From Methylobacillus sp. (lineage in GTDB: Bacteria; Pseudomonadota; Gammaproteobacteria; Burkholderiales; Methylophilaceae), in NCBI GenBank assembly GCA_037445085.1, contig JBBILG010000002.1, positions 1 through 52,468 on the forward strand: DNA of 52,468 bases. The letters run 5' to 3'. Made by a program: the position numbers and the translations under genes. Of the stretch, positions 20,484 through 32,441 are shown piece after piece. The notes under the pieces are model-generated. The model saw only the letters and a list, made by a program, of their open reading frames with translations. It was not told the DNA's origin and made no database searches. How positions within the stretch are numbered: position 1 is the stretch's first letter; each line of letters begins with the position of its first letter.

Positions 20484-21173
20484 TTGCCGCGCAGGCATTC
20501 GCCGGGACGGGCGGCGGCCAGGGAGATCACCTTGCTGAGCCGCCTGATCGACGCCATCCCCGATCTCGTCTGCTTCAAGGACACGGAGGGCCGCTGGTGT
20601 CTCGCCAACCGCGCGGCGTGCCGGCTGCTCGCCCTGGAGGCGACGGACTGGCCAGGCAAGACCGACGAGGAACTCGCCGCCGTGGCGGATGCCGGCCCCG
20701 CCACGTGGCTGCGGCAATGCGCGGCGGCGGAGCGGGCGGCCTGGCAGCACGGTGACGGCCTGCTGGAACTGGAAATCACCGAAAGCACGGTGATGCACAA
20801 CACCGTGCATGTCAGCGACGTGCTGGACAGCATCCGCCAGCTCGGCGTGCTGCTCGCCATCGACGATTTCGGCACCGGCTGTTCGTCGCTATCCCATCTC
20901 AAGCGGCTGCCACTGGACAAGCTCAAGATCGACCAGTCCTTCGTACACGACCTGCCGTACGACGAGGATGACGCCGTCATCACCCGCACCATTCGCGCCC
21001 TGGGCCACAATCTGGGGCTGACCGTGGTCGCCGGGGGCGTCGAGAGCGAACGGCAGCACGCCTTCCTGCGGGAGATCGGTTGCGACGAGGCGCAGGGCTA
21101 TCACTACGGCAAGCCGTTTCCCGCCGGGGAATTCACGGCGCTGCTGCGGCAGGATTGGGCGATGCGGACATGA
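20484..21173 (+). CDS. PAS fragment fused to a partial (C-terminal half) EAL domain; probably a degenerate remnant
   Basis: The PAS-like N-terminus (LLSRLIDAIPDLVCFKDTEGRW..GKTDEEL) runs directly into mid-EAL motifs ELEITES, DDFGTG, KID, GGVE (instead of EGVE) and QGY. The EAL and N motifs are absent. TTG start only. Confidence 0.6.
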   Translation: MPRRHSPGRAAAREITLLSRLIDAIPDLVCFKDTEGRWCLANRAACRLLALEATDWPGKTDEELAAVADAGPATWLRQCAAAERAAWQHGDGLLELEITESTVMHNTVHVSDVLDSIRQLGVLLAIDDFGTGCSSLSHLKRLPLDKLKIDQSFVHDLPYDEDDAVITRTIRALGHNLGLTVVAGGVESERQHAFLREIGCDEAQGYHYGKPFPAGEFTALLRQDWAMRT

Positions 21174-22474
21174 GCAGCGACGAGGCGCATTACATCGACG
21201 TCAGCCAGTTGCGCGTGGGGCTCTACATCCACCTCGACCTGGGCTGGATGGGCCATCCCTTCACCTTGAGCAGTTTCCGCATCAAGGATGACGGGCAGAT
21301 CGCCACCATCCGCCGGCTCGGCCTCAAGCGGCTGCGCTACGATCCGTTGCGCAGCCTGGGCGAGCCGCTGCCGTCCACTGCCGCGCCGGCCGAAGATGAC
21401 GCAGCAACGGTGACGGCAGCCGCGCAGACGGATGCCGCCGCGGCCGCCGAGGCGCCGCCGCGGCCAGAGGCCACCCCGCCGGTGCCGCATCTGGAGCGGT
21501 TGGCGCAACTGGTGCACGCGGTGGACGAATGCGAGCGGAAGTTCGTCCAGGCCAGCCGCACCCTGCGCGAGGCGCAACGCATCCTGCGCGCGCAACCGGC
21601 CCGGGCGACGGGCGCGGCGCAGGGGCTGGTGGATGACATCGTCGATTCGGTGCTGTCGGAAGGCGAGGTGGTCATCCATGCCCTCAACGGCCGGCATTCC
21701 GGTGACGAACACTACCTGCATCCGCTCAATGTCGCGGTGCTCGCCCTGATGCTGGCGAAAACCCTGGACATGAGCGAGGGCGACGCGCGCCTGCTGGGCA
21801 TGGCGGCGCTGTTCCACGATGCCGGCAAGGACGAAGTGCCGAAAAAGATTCTGATGAAGACCGAGCCGCTGACGCGGGCGGAACTCGCCTACCTGCAGCA
21901 GCATTGCGAATTCGGCGCGCGCCTGGCGCGCCAGAGTGGTCTGGCGGAGCGCGTGGCCGAGATCATCCACCAGCACCACGAGTGCGTCGACGGCTCTGGC
22001 TATCCACGCCGGCTCACCGGTGCGCAGATGGATCCGCTGGCGTGCGTGCTGGCGGTGGTCAACGTCTACGACAATCTGTGCAACCCCTACCATGCGAACG
22101 ACGCCCGGACGCCTTACGAGGCGCTGGCCTACATGTTCGCCCAGCAGCGCAGCAAGTTCGATGCGACCATCCTCAACCTGCTGATCAAGTCGCTGGGCGT
22201 GTATCCGCCCGGCAGCCTGGTGCTGCTGTCCGACGGCAGCTACGGGGTGGTGATCTCGGTCAACCCGGCGAAACCGCTGCGTCCGTTCGTGATGACTTAC
22301 GACACCAGGCCGGACGAGGATGCCCCGCTCATCCTGGACCTTTCCGAGTGCTCCGCGCTCAGCATCAGCGAGTGCCTGCGCCGTCGCCAGTTGCCCGACA
22401 AGGTGCTGGAGCGGCTCAACCCGCGCCGGCGCATCTGTTACTTCCTGGACAGGGATCACATGAGCAAAGTCTGA
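21170..22474 (+). CDS. HD-GYP domain c-di-GMP phosphodiesterase with DUF3391-type N-terminal domain
   Basis: HDAGK and HHECVDGSGYPRRL motifs. N-terminus YIDVSQLRVGLYIHLDLGWMGHPF. The ATG overlaps the upstream stop (ATGA). Confidence 0.85.
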   Translation: MSSDEAHYIDVSQLRVGLYIHLDLGWMGHPFTLSSFRIKDDGQIATIRRLGLKRLRYDPLRSLGEPLPSTAAPAEDDAATVTAAAQTDAAAAAEAPPRPEATPPVPHLERLAQLVHAVDECERKFVQASRTLREAQRILRAQPARATGAAQGLVDDIVDSVLSEGEVVIHALNGRHSGDEHYLHPLNVAVLALMLAKTLDMSEGDARLLGMAALFHDAGKDEVPKKILMKTEPLTRAELAYLQQHCEFGARLARQSGLAERVAEIIHQHHECVDGSGYPRRLTGAQMDPLACVLAVVNVYDNLCNPYHANDARTPYEALAYMFAQQRSKFDATILNLLIKSLGVYPPGSLVLLSDGSYGVVISVNPAKPLRPFVMTYDTRPDEDAPLILDLSECSALSISECLRRRQLPDKVLERLNPRRRICYFLDRDHMSKV

Positions 22475-22492
22475 GGCACGTGTCCGGCAAGG

Positions 22493-22519
22493 TTGAAATT
22501 CCCGCGCCATCCCCCATCT
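22493..22519 (+). promoter_or_regulatory. Sigma32 (RpoH) heat-shock promoter of clpB
   Basis: TTGAAA (22493-22498), 13-nt spacer, CCCCATCT (22512-22519), about 30 nt upstream of the clpB ATG. Confidence 0.7.
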
Positions 22520-22547
22520 CAGGGATAACGTCACCCGGAGTGCAATC

Positions 22548-25133
<2,586 letters not shown>

Positions 25134-25174
25134 GGCTGATGCCGGGGCCTGTCCGGCAGAGAAAGGAGGGTGGC

Positions 25175-25651
25175 ATGCGCCATCGGTATCTGTTGCCGGG
25201 CCTGCTGGTGCTGGCGGGCTGCGCCACGACGCCGGCGGAGTCGCCGCACATCCAGCGGATCTCACCCGAAGAGCTGGAACGCATCCTGCCCAAACCGGCC
25301 CCCAACCTGGCTCTGGAGGAAATCGTGCGATTGTCCGCGGCCGGCGAGAGCGCGGACGCCATCATCGCCAGAATCCGGGAGAGCGGCTCCCGCTACGCGC
25401 TGACCCCATCGCAGGCCATCGAACTCCACCGCCGCGGCGTGGACGCCAGGGTGCTGGATCACATGCAGGCCGCGCACGAACAGACCCTGCGCGACGGCTT
25501 TGCCGACGAGATCAACCGGCGCGAGCGTGAACATCGCCAGAAGCTGGACACGGTGAGACGCGAGCTGCGCAGCCACCCCCGCTGTGACCCGTTCTGGCCG
25601 TATCCATACTGGCGCCACCCCTGTTACCACCCGCGTCCCTGGTGGTGGTAA
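25175..25651 (+). CDS. Lipoprotein of unknown function
   Basis: Lipobox LLVLAGC. AGGAGGG RBS before the ATG at 25175. Trp/Pro-rich C-terminus (...HPRPWWW). Confidence 0.6.
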   Translation: MRHRYLLPGLLVLAGCATTPAESPHIQRISPEELERILPKPAPNLALEEIVRLSAAGESADAIIARIRESGSRYALTPSQAIELHRRGVDARVLDHMQAAHEQTLRDGFADEINRREREHRQKLDTVRRELRSHPRCDPFWPYPYWRHPCYHPRPWWW

Positions 25652-25710
25652 GGCAGGGATGCTGCCGCACCGGCCGGATCGGGTTAAGATGACAGTTCTC
25701 CTAATCCGCC

Positions 25711-26649
25711 ATGGTGTCGAACTGCATGTTTCTGCTCCGCTGCCTGCCGGTACTGCTGGCGACCTTGCTGGGGTCGCAGGCCGGGCTTGCGACCGCGGCC
25801 ACGGCGGATTTCTCCGCCGAGCCGCTGCTGCTGCGCAGCCTGCTCGAACGCGCGCAGGCATACGAGCGCACGGAGGACGAGCGCGAGGGCACCTGGCAGG
25901 CGGCCATCCTCTACTGCGAGGCGTCGCGCCTGGGTAGCGCCGAGGCGCAGTACCGCTTGGGCATGCAGTACGCCTTCGGCAAGGGCGTGCCGGAGAGCCG
26001 CGAGCTGGCTGCCTCGCTGTTTTCTGTCGCCGCCGGACAGGGCCATGACGAGGCGCGGAAAATGCTGGAAACCGTCGAGCTGACATCTTCCAGGCTGCCG
26101 CCATGCGTGCTGGAGGCAGTGCTGCCGGAGCCGGCGCCGCGGCCGGTGGCAGCAGTGCAGCAGGCCAGGGTCACCAACATCGAGCGTTTCCTGGAGACCC
26201 TGCCGGAAAAGAAGATGTGGGTGGTGCAACTGGTCCATACCCTGTCCGAGTGGTATGGCATCGATCCGCGCCTGGTGCTGGCCATCATCACGGTGGAATC
26301 CAATTTCCAGGTGCGCGCGGTGTCGCCCAAGTCGGCCATGGGGCTGATGCAGCTCATCCCGGAGACCGCCGAGCGCTTCAACGTGCGCGACGCCTTCGAC
26401 GCCGCCCAGAACATCCGCGGCGGCGTCCGCTATCTGCGCTGGCTGCTGTCCTATTACCGAGGCGATGTCACCCTGGCGGTGGCCGCCTACAACGCCGGCG
26501 AAGGGGCGGTGGACCGCCACAAGGGCGTGCCGCCCTATGCCGAGACCCGCCGCTACGTGAAGCGGGTGCTGGAGCTGTACGAACACACCGCGCACCCTTA
26601 CCAGGAGCACATCACCGAGCCGTCGCCGCTGCTCACGCGCCGGGGCTGA
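25711..26649 (+). CDS. Sel1-repeat / lytic transglycosylase (SLT domain) protein
   Basis: Sel1-like repeats (AEAQYRLGMQYAFGKGV) and SLT motifs ESNF, GLMQL and AAYNAGEGAV. Confidence 0.8.
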   Translation: MVSNCMFLLRCLPVLLATLLGSQAGLATAATADFSAEPLLLRSLLERAQAYERTEDEREGTWQAAILYCEASRLGSAEAQYRLGMQYAFGKGVPESRELAASLFSVAAGQGHDEARKMLETVELTSSRLPPCVLEAVLPEPAPRPVAAVQQARVTNIERFLETLPEKKMWVVQLVHTLSEWYGIDPRLVLAIITVESNFQVRAVSPKSAMGLMQLIPETAERFNVRDAFDAAQNIRGGVRYLRWLLSYYRGDVTLAVAAYNAGEGAVDRHKGVPPYAETRRYVKRVLELYEHTAHPYQEHITEPSPLLTRRG

Positions 26650-26790
26650 GAGCCTGTTTGAGCAGGCTGCATGCCCTGACGCCACCCCATGGGCGGCTTG
26701 CCGGCGGGCACATTGCGCTTCAATCCCGCCCGCTCACTTCTGCAAAGGCTTCCCTTACAATGCAGGTTTCTCAATGAATTTCCCGATGCC

Positions 26791-27210
26791 ATGCGCCAGT
26801 TGTCCCACCAGATTTCCGTGGTCACCCGCGGCCGCCGCCTCTACGACATCACGCCCCAGGTATGCGGGTGGGCGGCCGGTGCCGGCGTGAGCGAGGGCTT
26901 GCTCACGCTGTACATCCCGCATACTTCCGCCAGTCTGCTGATCAACGAGAACCACGACCGCGACGTTGTCGCCGATCTGGAGCGTTTCTTCGCGCGTCTG
27001 GTGCCGGACGGCGATGCGCTGTTCGCGCACACCGTGGAAGGCCCGGATGACATGCCCGCGCACGTGCGCGCAGCACTCACGCAGACGCATCTCGCCATCC
27101 CGGTGCTGGGCGGCCGCGCCGCGCTCGGCACCTGGCAGGGCATCTTCCTCTACGAACACCGCCGTGCAGGCCACGAGCGGCGCGTGCTGCTGCACATCAT
27201 CGGAGCATGA
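26791..27210 (+). CDS. YjbQ/UPF0047 family protein (secondary thiamine-phosphate synthase-like)
   Basis: LYIPHTSASLLINEN, DMPAHVRAAL and GTWQGIFLYEHR motifs. Trimmed to the ATG at 26791. Confidence 0.8.
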   Translation: MRQLSHQISVVTRGRRLYDITPQVCGWAAGAGVSEGLLTLYIPHTSASLLINENHDRDVVADLERFFARLVPDGDALFAHTVEGPDDMPAHVRAALTQTHLAIPVLGGRAALGTWQGIFLYEHRRAGHERRVLLHIIGA

Positions 27211-27509
27211 GCATGCTTGTCACCCTGGTGCACGCCCACATCAAGCCGGAGCATGTCGCCGACTTCATCGCGGCCACCCGCGATAACCACCTGCATTCGG
27301 CGCGAGAGCCGGGCAATCGCCGTTTCGACGTGCTGCAATCGGCCGAGGACCCCACCCGCTTCGTGCTGTACGAGGCCTATGTCAGCGAGGCGGACGCCAT
27401 GGCGCACAAGGAGACCGCGCACTACTGCAAGTGGCGCGACGCGGTGGCCCCCATGATGGCAAGCCCGCGCCAGGGCGTGCGCTACGCCGGCCTGCTGCCC
27501 GAGGATTGA
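27207..27509 (+). CDS. ABM (antibiotic-biosynthesis-monooxygenase-like) domain protein
   Basis: 100-aa ferredoxin-like fold signature (NRRFDVLQS..RFVLYEAY...AHKETAHY). Overlaps the yjbQ stop (ATGA). Confidence 0.75.
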   Translation: MSMLVTLVHAHIKPEHVADFIAATRDNHLHSAREPGNRRFDVLQSAEDPTRFVLYEAYVSEADAMAHKETAHYCKWRDAVAPMMASPRQGVRYAGLLPED

Positions 27510-27517
27510 CGCAGCGC

Positions 27518-28708
27518 ATGGACATCCCCCCCTTCACCATCGCCACCCTGCCGGCCGTCACCTTCGGTGACGGCACGCGCCGGCGCCTGCCGGAACTGGC
27601 GGCGCAATACGGCCGCCGCGCGTTGCTGGTGACCGGTGCTGCCTCCTTCGTCAGTTCCCCCGCCTGGCCGGAACTGCTGGACGGCCTTGCCGCGCGCGGC
27701 CTCGAACACGCTCACCTGACGGTGTGCGGCGAGCCTTCGCCCGCCTTGGTGGACGGCGCGGCGCAGCGCTTCCGCGACGGTGATTTCGATGTGGTCATCG
27801 GCATCGGCGGTGGCAGCGTGCTGGACGCGGCCAAGGCTATCGCCGGGCTGCTGTGCGTGGAGAACAGCGTGCTGGACTACCTGGAAGGCGTGGGCCCGGA
27901 ACTGCCCTATCAGGGCCCCTCGGTGCCCTTCATCGCCGTGCCGACCACCGCCGGCACCGGCTCCGAGGCCACCAGGAACGCGGTGTTGTCGGAGCGGGGC
28001 GAGCACGGCTTCAAGAAATCCTTCCGGCACGATCAATTGGTGGCGCGCCATGCCGTGCTCGACCCGGAACTGCTCGCCACCTGCCCGCCGGCGCTGATCG
28101 CCGCCGACGGCATGGATGCGCTCACCCAGTTGCTGGAATCCTATGTCTCGCTCAGGGCCAACCCGTTCACCGATGCCCTGGCGCTGTCCGGCATCACGGC
28201 GGTGCGTGACAGCCTGCTGCCGTGGCATGCCGGGGCGGGCGACCTCGCCGCGCACCGGCGCCGCATGGCTTACGCGGCGCTGCTGTCCGGCATCACCCTG
28301 GCGCAGGTGGGACTGGGCTCGGTGCACGGGCTGGCCTCACCCTTGGGCGCCTTCTTCCCCGTGCCGCACGGCGTGGTGTGCGGGACGCTGGTGGCGGCCT
28401 GCAGCGAGGCGAACATCCGCGCGCTCGTCCGGCGCGCGCCGGACAGCCCGGCGGTGCCCAGGTATGCCGAACTGGGGCGCCTGCTCGCGCGCGCCCCGCA
28501 ACTCACCGACGAGGCCGCCCGCACCGCCCTGCTGGTGCTGCTCGCTGACTGGACGGAGCGTCTCGGGCTGCCGCGGCTTGCCCGCTACGGCATGACTGCT
28601 GCCGACATTCCGCGCGTGGTGGCCAACTGCCGCGGCAGCAGCATGAAGACCAACCCGCTGGTGCTTGCCGACGAGGAGGTCGCCGCCATCCTCGAGGCGC
28701 GTCTGTGA
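27518..28708 (+). CDS. Iron-containing (group III) alcohol dehydrogenase family protein
   Basis: GIGGGSVLDAAKA, PTTAGTGSE and His-rich metal-site motifs (VHGLASPLG..PHG). Confidence 0.85.
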   Translation: MDIPPFTIATLPAVTFGDGTRRRLPELAAQYGRRALLVTGAASFVSSPAWPELLDGLAARGLEHAHLTVCGEPSPALVDGAAQRFRDGDFDVVIGIGGGSVLDAAKAIAGLLCVENSVLDYLEGVGPELPYQGPSVPFIAVPTTAGTGSEATRNAVLSERGEHGFKKSFRHDQLVARHAVLDPELLATCPPALIAADGMDALTQLLESYVSLRANPFTDALALSGITAVRDSLLPWHAGAGDLAAHRRRMAYAALLSGITLAQVGLGSVHGLASPLGAFFPVPHGVVCGTLVAACSEANIRALVRRAPDSPAVPRYAELGRLLARAPQLTDEAARTALLVLLADWTERLGLPRLARYGMTAADIPRVVANCRGSSMKTNPLVLADEEVAAILEARL

Positions 28709-28774
28709 GCGGGTCCGCGCCTGGTCTTATGAACCTGCCGCCCCGCGGGCGCGGTGCCGGCGCGCAGTGACGGT

Positions 28775-29530
28775 ATGAGCGTGCCGCGCGGCCTGCGCGC
28801 CCAGCACGAGGCTGCCGCCATTGAGGGGCGTCTGGCCGCTGCCAGACAGAACAGCTATCTGGGGGACACCGTGCTGGGCGCCATCGACGGTTGCGTCACC
28901 ACTTTCGCCGTGGTGGCGGGGGCGGCTGGCGCCGGCTTGCCTGCCAAGGTCGCCATCGTGCTCGGCTGTGCCAACCTGCTCGCCGACGGCTTCAGCATGG
29001 CCGCCAGCAATTATCAGCGTGCCCGGAGCGAGCACGAGTTGCTGGCGCGGGCGCGCCGGGTGGAGGAGATGCATGTGCGCGAGGTGCCGGAGGGCGAGCG
29101 CGAGGAGGTGCGGCAGATCTTCCAGGCCAAGGGCTTCAGCGGCGCCACGCTGGAGGACATCGTCCGCGGCATCACCCAGGACCGGAAACTGTGGGTGGAC
29201 ACCATGCTCACCGAGGAGCTGGGCCTGCGTCTCGATCCGCCACGGCCGGGACTGGCCGCGCTCGCCACCTTCGCCGGTTTCTGCGCGGCCGGCCTGCTGC
29301 CGCTGCTGCCCTATCTGCTGCCGGGGATGCCGTTCGCGTGGATGTTCCCGGTGAGCATGGCGGCCACCGCCTGCACCTTCCTCGCCATTGGCGTGCTCAA
29401 GGGCTGCGTGCTGCGCCAGCCGCGGCTGCGCGCCGGGCTGGCGACCCTGTTCGTCGGCGGCACGGCCGCCCTGCTCGCCTATCTGGTGGGGTTGCTGCTA
29501 CAGGACTGGGTGAGCGGGTTGCTCATCTGA
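28775..29530 (+). CDS. VIT1/CCC1-family iron/manganese transporter
   Basis: LGAIDGCVTTFAVVAG, LADGFSMAASNY and a C-terminal TM bundle. An alternative GTG start exists at 28754. Confidence 0.8.
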   Translation: MSVPRGLRAQHEAAAIEGRLAAARQNSYLGDTVLGAIDGCVTTFAVVAGAAGAGLPAKVAIVLGCANLLADGFSMAASNYQRARSEHELLARARRVEEMHVREVPEGEREEVRQIFQAKGFSGATLEDIVRGITQDRKLWVDTMLTEELGLRLDPPRPGLAALATFAGFCAAGLLPLLPYLLPGMPFAWMFPVSMAATACTFLAIGVLKGCVLRQPRLRAGLATLFVGGTAALLAYLVGLLLQDWVSGLLI

Positions 29531-30722
29531 GCACGCTCCAAGGAAGCGGGTCGAACGGCTGGCTCCTGTGGCGCAGCTCGAAATACACGCCGGACGTCTC
29601 GTTGCCACCGGTGTTGCCCACCGCGGCGATGTCGTCGCCCGCGCGCACTTCGTCGCCGACCTGCTTGAGCAGGGTCTGGTTGTTGCCGTACAGACTCATG
29701 TAATCGTCACCGTGGTCGATGATGAGCAGGTTGCCGAAACCGCGCAGCCAGTCGGCGAACACCACGGTGCCGGCGGCCACGCTTTTCACCGGCGCCCCTT
29801 CCGCGGCGCGGATGAACAGCCCTTTCCAGGAAATGCCGCTGCCGGCGCGCAGCGCGCCGAAACGGTTGACGATGTCGCCGCGTACCGGCAGGCGCAGCTT
29901 GCCCTTGAGTGCGGCGAAACTGCCCGCGGCCAGTTCGGGGGTGGGAAGGCTCTCGTTGCGGCGCAGCGGCGCCGGCGTGCTGCGCCTGGGCGGAGCGGGA
30001 GCCACCCGCGCCAGCCGCTTCACCAGTTCGGTGAGCTGCTTCTCGTCGCGCCGCAGCTTGGAGATTTCGCCGCGCTGCGCGCGAATCTGCTGTGCCAGCC
30101 CGGCCAGCACTTCCTTGCGATCCTGGTTTTCCGCTTCCAGTTGCCGGCGCTGCTGTTCCTGCTCGGACTGGAGCGCGGCGATTTCATCCAGCGTGGCGGC
30201 GGTTTCCTCGTTGAGCTTCGCCACCTTGTCCAGATTAGCCTGCAATGCCGCGATCTGCGCGGCACGGGCACGGGCGACATAGCCGTGGTAGCGCAGTTCG
30301 CGCGCGGCGGCGGCGGGATCTTCCAGGCTGAGCAGCAGTTGCAGATGGCCGGGCCGGCCGCCGAGATACTGCCGGTGGAAGTGCTGCGACAATTGCCGCT
30401 GCTGTTCGCGTACGGCCTCTTCCAGGCGAACCCTTTCCTCCTGCTGGCGCTCCAGGGCATGCAGGCTGGCGACCCGCTGGCGGTCGATGTGGTGCAGGCG
30501 GCGCCTGGCTTCACTGATGGCGCGCTCGCTTTTCTTCAGCGCATCGGCGGCCTCGGAGTGCGAAGCCTGCGTGTTTTCCAGCTCCTTGCGCAGTGACTCG
30601 ATGCGGTTGCGCAATTCGTCCAGCGACTGGCGGGAAGTCGCCGGATTGTTCGCCCAAGCGGCGCTGCCGCCCAGCACGGCCAGCAGCAGGCCGGCGGCGA
30701 GGCGCGCCAGCGATGCGGACAT
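29523..30722 (-). CDS. envC: Murein hydrolase activator EnvC-like (coiled coil + LytM/M23 domain)
   Basis: Signal peptide, long coiled coil and a C-terminal M23-like domain (GNLLIIDHGDDYMSLYGNN...GNTGG). Canonical position after gpmI. Confidence 0.8.
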   Translation of the reverse strand: MSASLARLAAGLLLAVLGGSAAWANNPATSRQSLDELRNRIESLRKELENTQASHSEAADALKKSERAISEARRRLHHIDRQRVASLHALERQQEERVRLEEAVREQQRQLSQHFHRQYLGGRPGHLQLLLSLEDPAAAARELRYHGYVARARAAQIAALQANLDKVAKLNEETAATLDEIAALQSEQEQQRRQLEAENQDRKEVLAGLAQQIRAQRGEISKLRRDEKQLTELVKRLARVAPAPPRRSTPAPLRRNESLPTPELAAGSFAALKGKLRLPVRGDIVNRFGALRAGSGISWKGLFIRAAEGAPVKSVAAGTVVFADWLRGFGNLLIIDHGDDYMSLYGNNQTLLKQVGDEVRAGDDIAAVGNTGGNETSGVYFELRHRSQPFDPLPWSVLR

Positions 30723-30725
30723 GAG

Positions 30726-32279
30726 CTAGCCGGCATGGGCCGCGAGCGGCGCGGCCTGGAACGCGATCAGGCTGCGCCCGGTCATTTCCGCGGGTTGCGG
30801 CGGCCCCATCATGGAAAGCAGGGTAGGGGCGATGTCGCACAGCGCGCCGCCCTCGACCAGCCGCGCCGCGCGGCCGATATAGACGAGCGGCACCAGATTG
30901 GTGGTGTGCTGGGTGTGCGCCTGCTGGTTGGCGGGGTCGTGCATGCACTCCGCGTTGCCGTGGTCGGAGGTGATGAGGATCTCGCCGCCGATATCCAGCA
31001 TGGCCGGCACCACCCGCCCGAGGCAGACATCCAGCGCCTCGATGGCGCGGATCGCCGCATTGAGATCGCCGGTATGACCCACCATGTCGGCGTTGGCGTA
31101 GTTGCAGATGATGGCATCGTACTTGCGGCTGCGGATGGCTTCCACCAGCCGGTCGGTAACCTCGAAGGCGCTCATCTCCGGCTTGAGATCATAGGTGGCC
31201 ACCTGCGGCGACGGCACCAGGATGCGGTCCTCGCCGGGATAGACGTGCTCCTCGCCGCCGTTGAAGAAAAAGGTCACGTGCGGGTATTTCTCCGTTTCCG
31301 CGATGCGCAACTGGGTGAGCCCCAGCCCGCTGATGTATTCACCGAAGGTGTTGCGGATGGATTGCGGCGGGAAAGCGATGCGACTCGCCGGGTCGTCCCG
31401 GTTGTACTGGGTGAGGGTGTAGAAGCCGCCCAGCCGGGGCACGCGCCGGCGCGGGAATTCGGCGAAGTCGGGGTCCACGAAGGCGCGCATCAACTGACGC
31501 GTGCGGTCGGCGCGGAAGTTCATGTGCACGATGACATCGCCATCCTCCACCGTCACTGGCGGGCCGACCGTGGTGGCCCTGACGAACTCGTCGCTCTCGC
31601 CGCGGGCGTAGGCGGCCTCCAGTGCCGCCAGGGCGGACTCGGCGGCGAATTCGCCTTCGCCGCAGGCGATGAGGTGATAGGCCGCTTCCACGCGCGGCCA
31701 GCGCTTGTCGCGGTCCATGGCGTAGTAGCGGCCGACGATGCCGGCGATACGGCCGCCGGTGGCGGCGCACTGCGCCTCCAGGTTGCGCAGGTACTGCTCC
31801 GCGCTTCTGGGCGGCGTGTCGCGCCCGTCCAGGAAGGCGTGCACGTAAACCTTGTCCAGTCCGGCCTGCACCGCCATGCGCAGCATGGCATGGATGTGCG
31901 TCTCGTGGCTGTGCACGCCGCCGCCGGAGAGCAGGCCGAAGATATGCAGGGCGCAGCCGTTGGCCTTGGCGGTCTGCACGGCGCTGGTCAGCGCGGGGTT
32001 GCTGGTGAACTCACTGGTCTCGATGGCGCGGTTGATGCGCTCGAAATCCTGATAGACCACGCGCCCGGCGCCGATGTTGAGGTGGCCGACCTCGGAATTG
32101 CCCATCTGCCCGGCCGGCAGGCCGACCGCGTGCTCCGAGGCGTCGATCAGGGTGTGTGGGTAGCGCGCCCAGTAGCGGTCCCAGTGGGGCTTGCGTGCCT
32201 GGGCGATGGCATTGTCGGTCATGTCCTCGGAATGGCCGAAACCGTCGAGGATGAGCAGAAGGGCAGGCGTGACTTTCAT
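30726..32279 (-). CDS. gpmI: 2,3-bisphosphoglycerate-independent phosphoglycerate mutase
   Basis: LLILDGFG and [15 protein letters not shown] (catalytic Ser) motifs. Trimmed to the ATG at 32279. Confidence 0.95.
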   Translation of the reverse strand: MKVTPALLLILDGFGHSEDMTDNAIAQARKPHWDRYWARYPHTLIDASEHAVGLPAGQMGNSEVGHLNIGAGRVVYQDFERINRAIETSEFTSNPALTSAVQTAKANGCALHIFGLLSGGGVHSHETHIHAMLRMAVQAGLDKVYVHAFLDGRDTPPRSAEQYLRNLEAQCAATGGRIAGIVGRYYAMDRDKRWPRVEAAYHLIACGEGEFAAESALAALEAAYARGESDEFVRATTVGPPVTVEDGDVIVHMNFRADRTRQLMRAFVDPDFAEFPRRRVPRLGGFYTLTQYNRDDPASRIAFPPQSIRNTFGEYISGLGLTQLRIAETEKYPHVTFFFNGGEEHVYPGEDRILVPSPQVATYDLKPEMSAFEVTDRLVEAIRSRKYDAIICNYANADMVGHTGDLNAAIRAIEALDVCLGRVVPAMLDIGGEILITSDHGNAECMHDPANQQAHTQHTTNLVPLVYIGRAARLVEGGALCDIAPTLLSMMGPPQPAEMTGRSLIAFQAAPLAAHAG

Positions 32280-32346
32280 GATGGCTGGGGGCGGGTCGCT
32301 ATGGTTCCAGACGATAGCCATTCTATTAGGTTTCAAGGGCTTTTAC

Positions 32347-32374
32347 ATTATACTGGGCCTGGCTAGCAATCCAA
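32347..32374 (-). promoter_or_regulatory. Possible sigma70 promoter for gpmI
   Basis: On the minus strand: TTGGAT (32374-32369), 16-nt spacer, TATAAT (32352-32347). Confidence 0.4.
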
Positions 32375-32441
32375 TTCGCAGGGATGCACAAGGCCGTCGG
32401 AGGGGATGCCCGACCTGCAGCCGGCCGCGCCGAGACTTTGA

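Noticed and set aside
19340-21010. 556-aa minus-strand ORF spanning the receptor 5' end, the intergenic region and the EAL gene.
   Set aside because: It is out of frame with the genuine TonB receptor and crosses a promoter region. The product is Arg/Pro/Ala-rich with no motif.
30726-32336. 19-codon N-terminal extension of gpmI.
   Set aside because: Homology begins at [15 protein letters not shown]. The extension would overlap the predicted promoter region.
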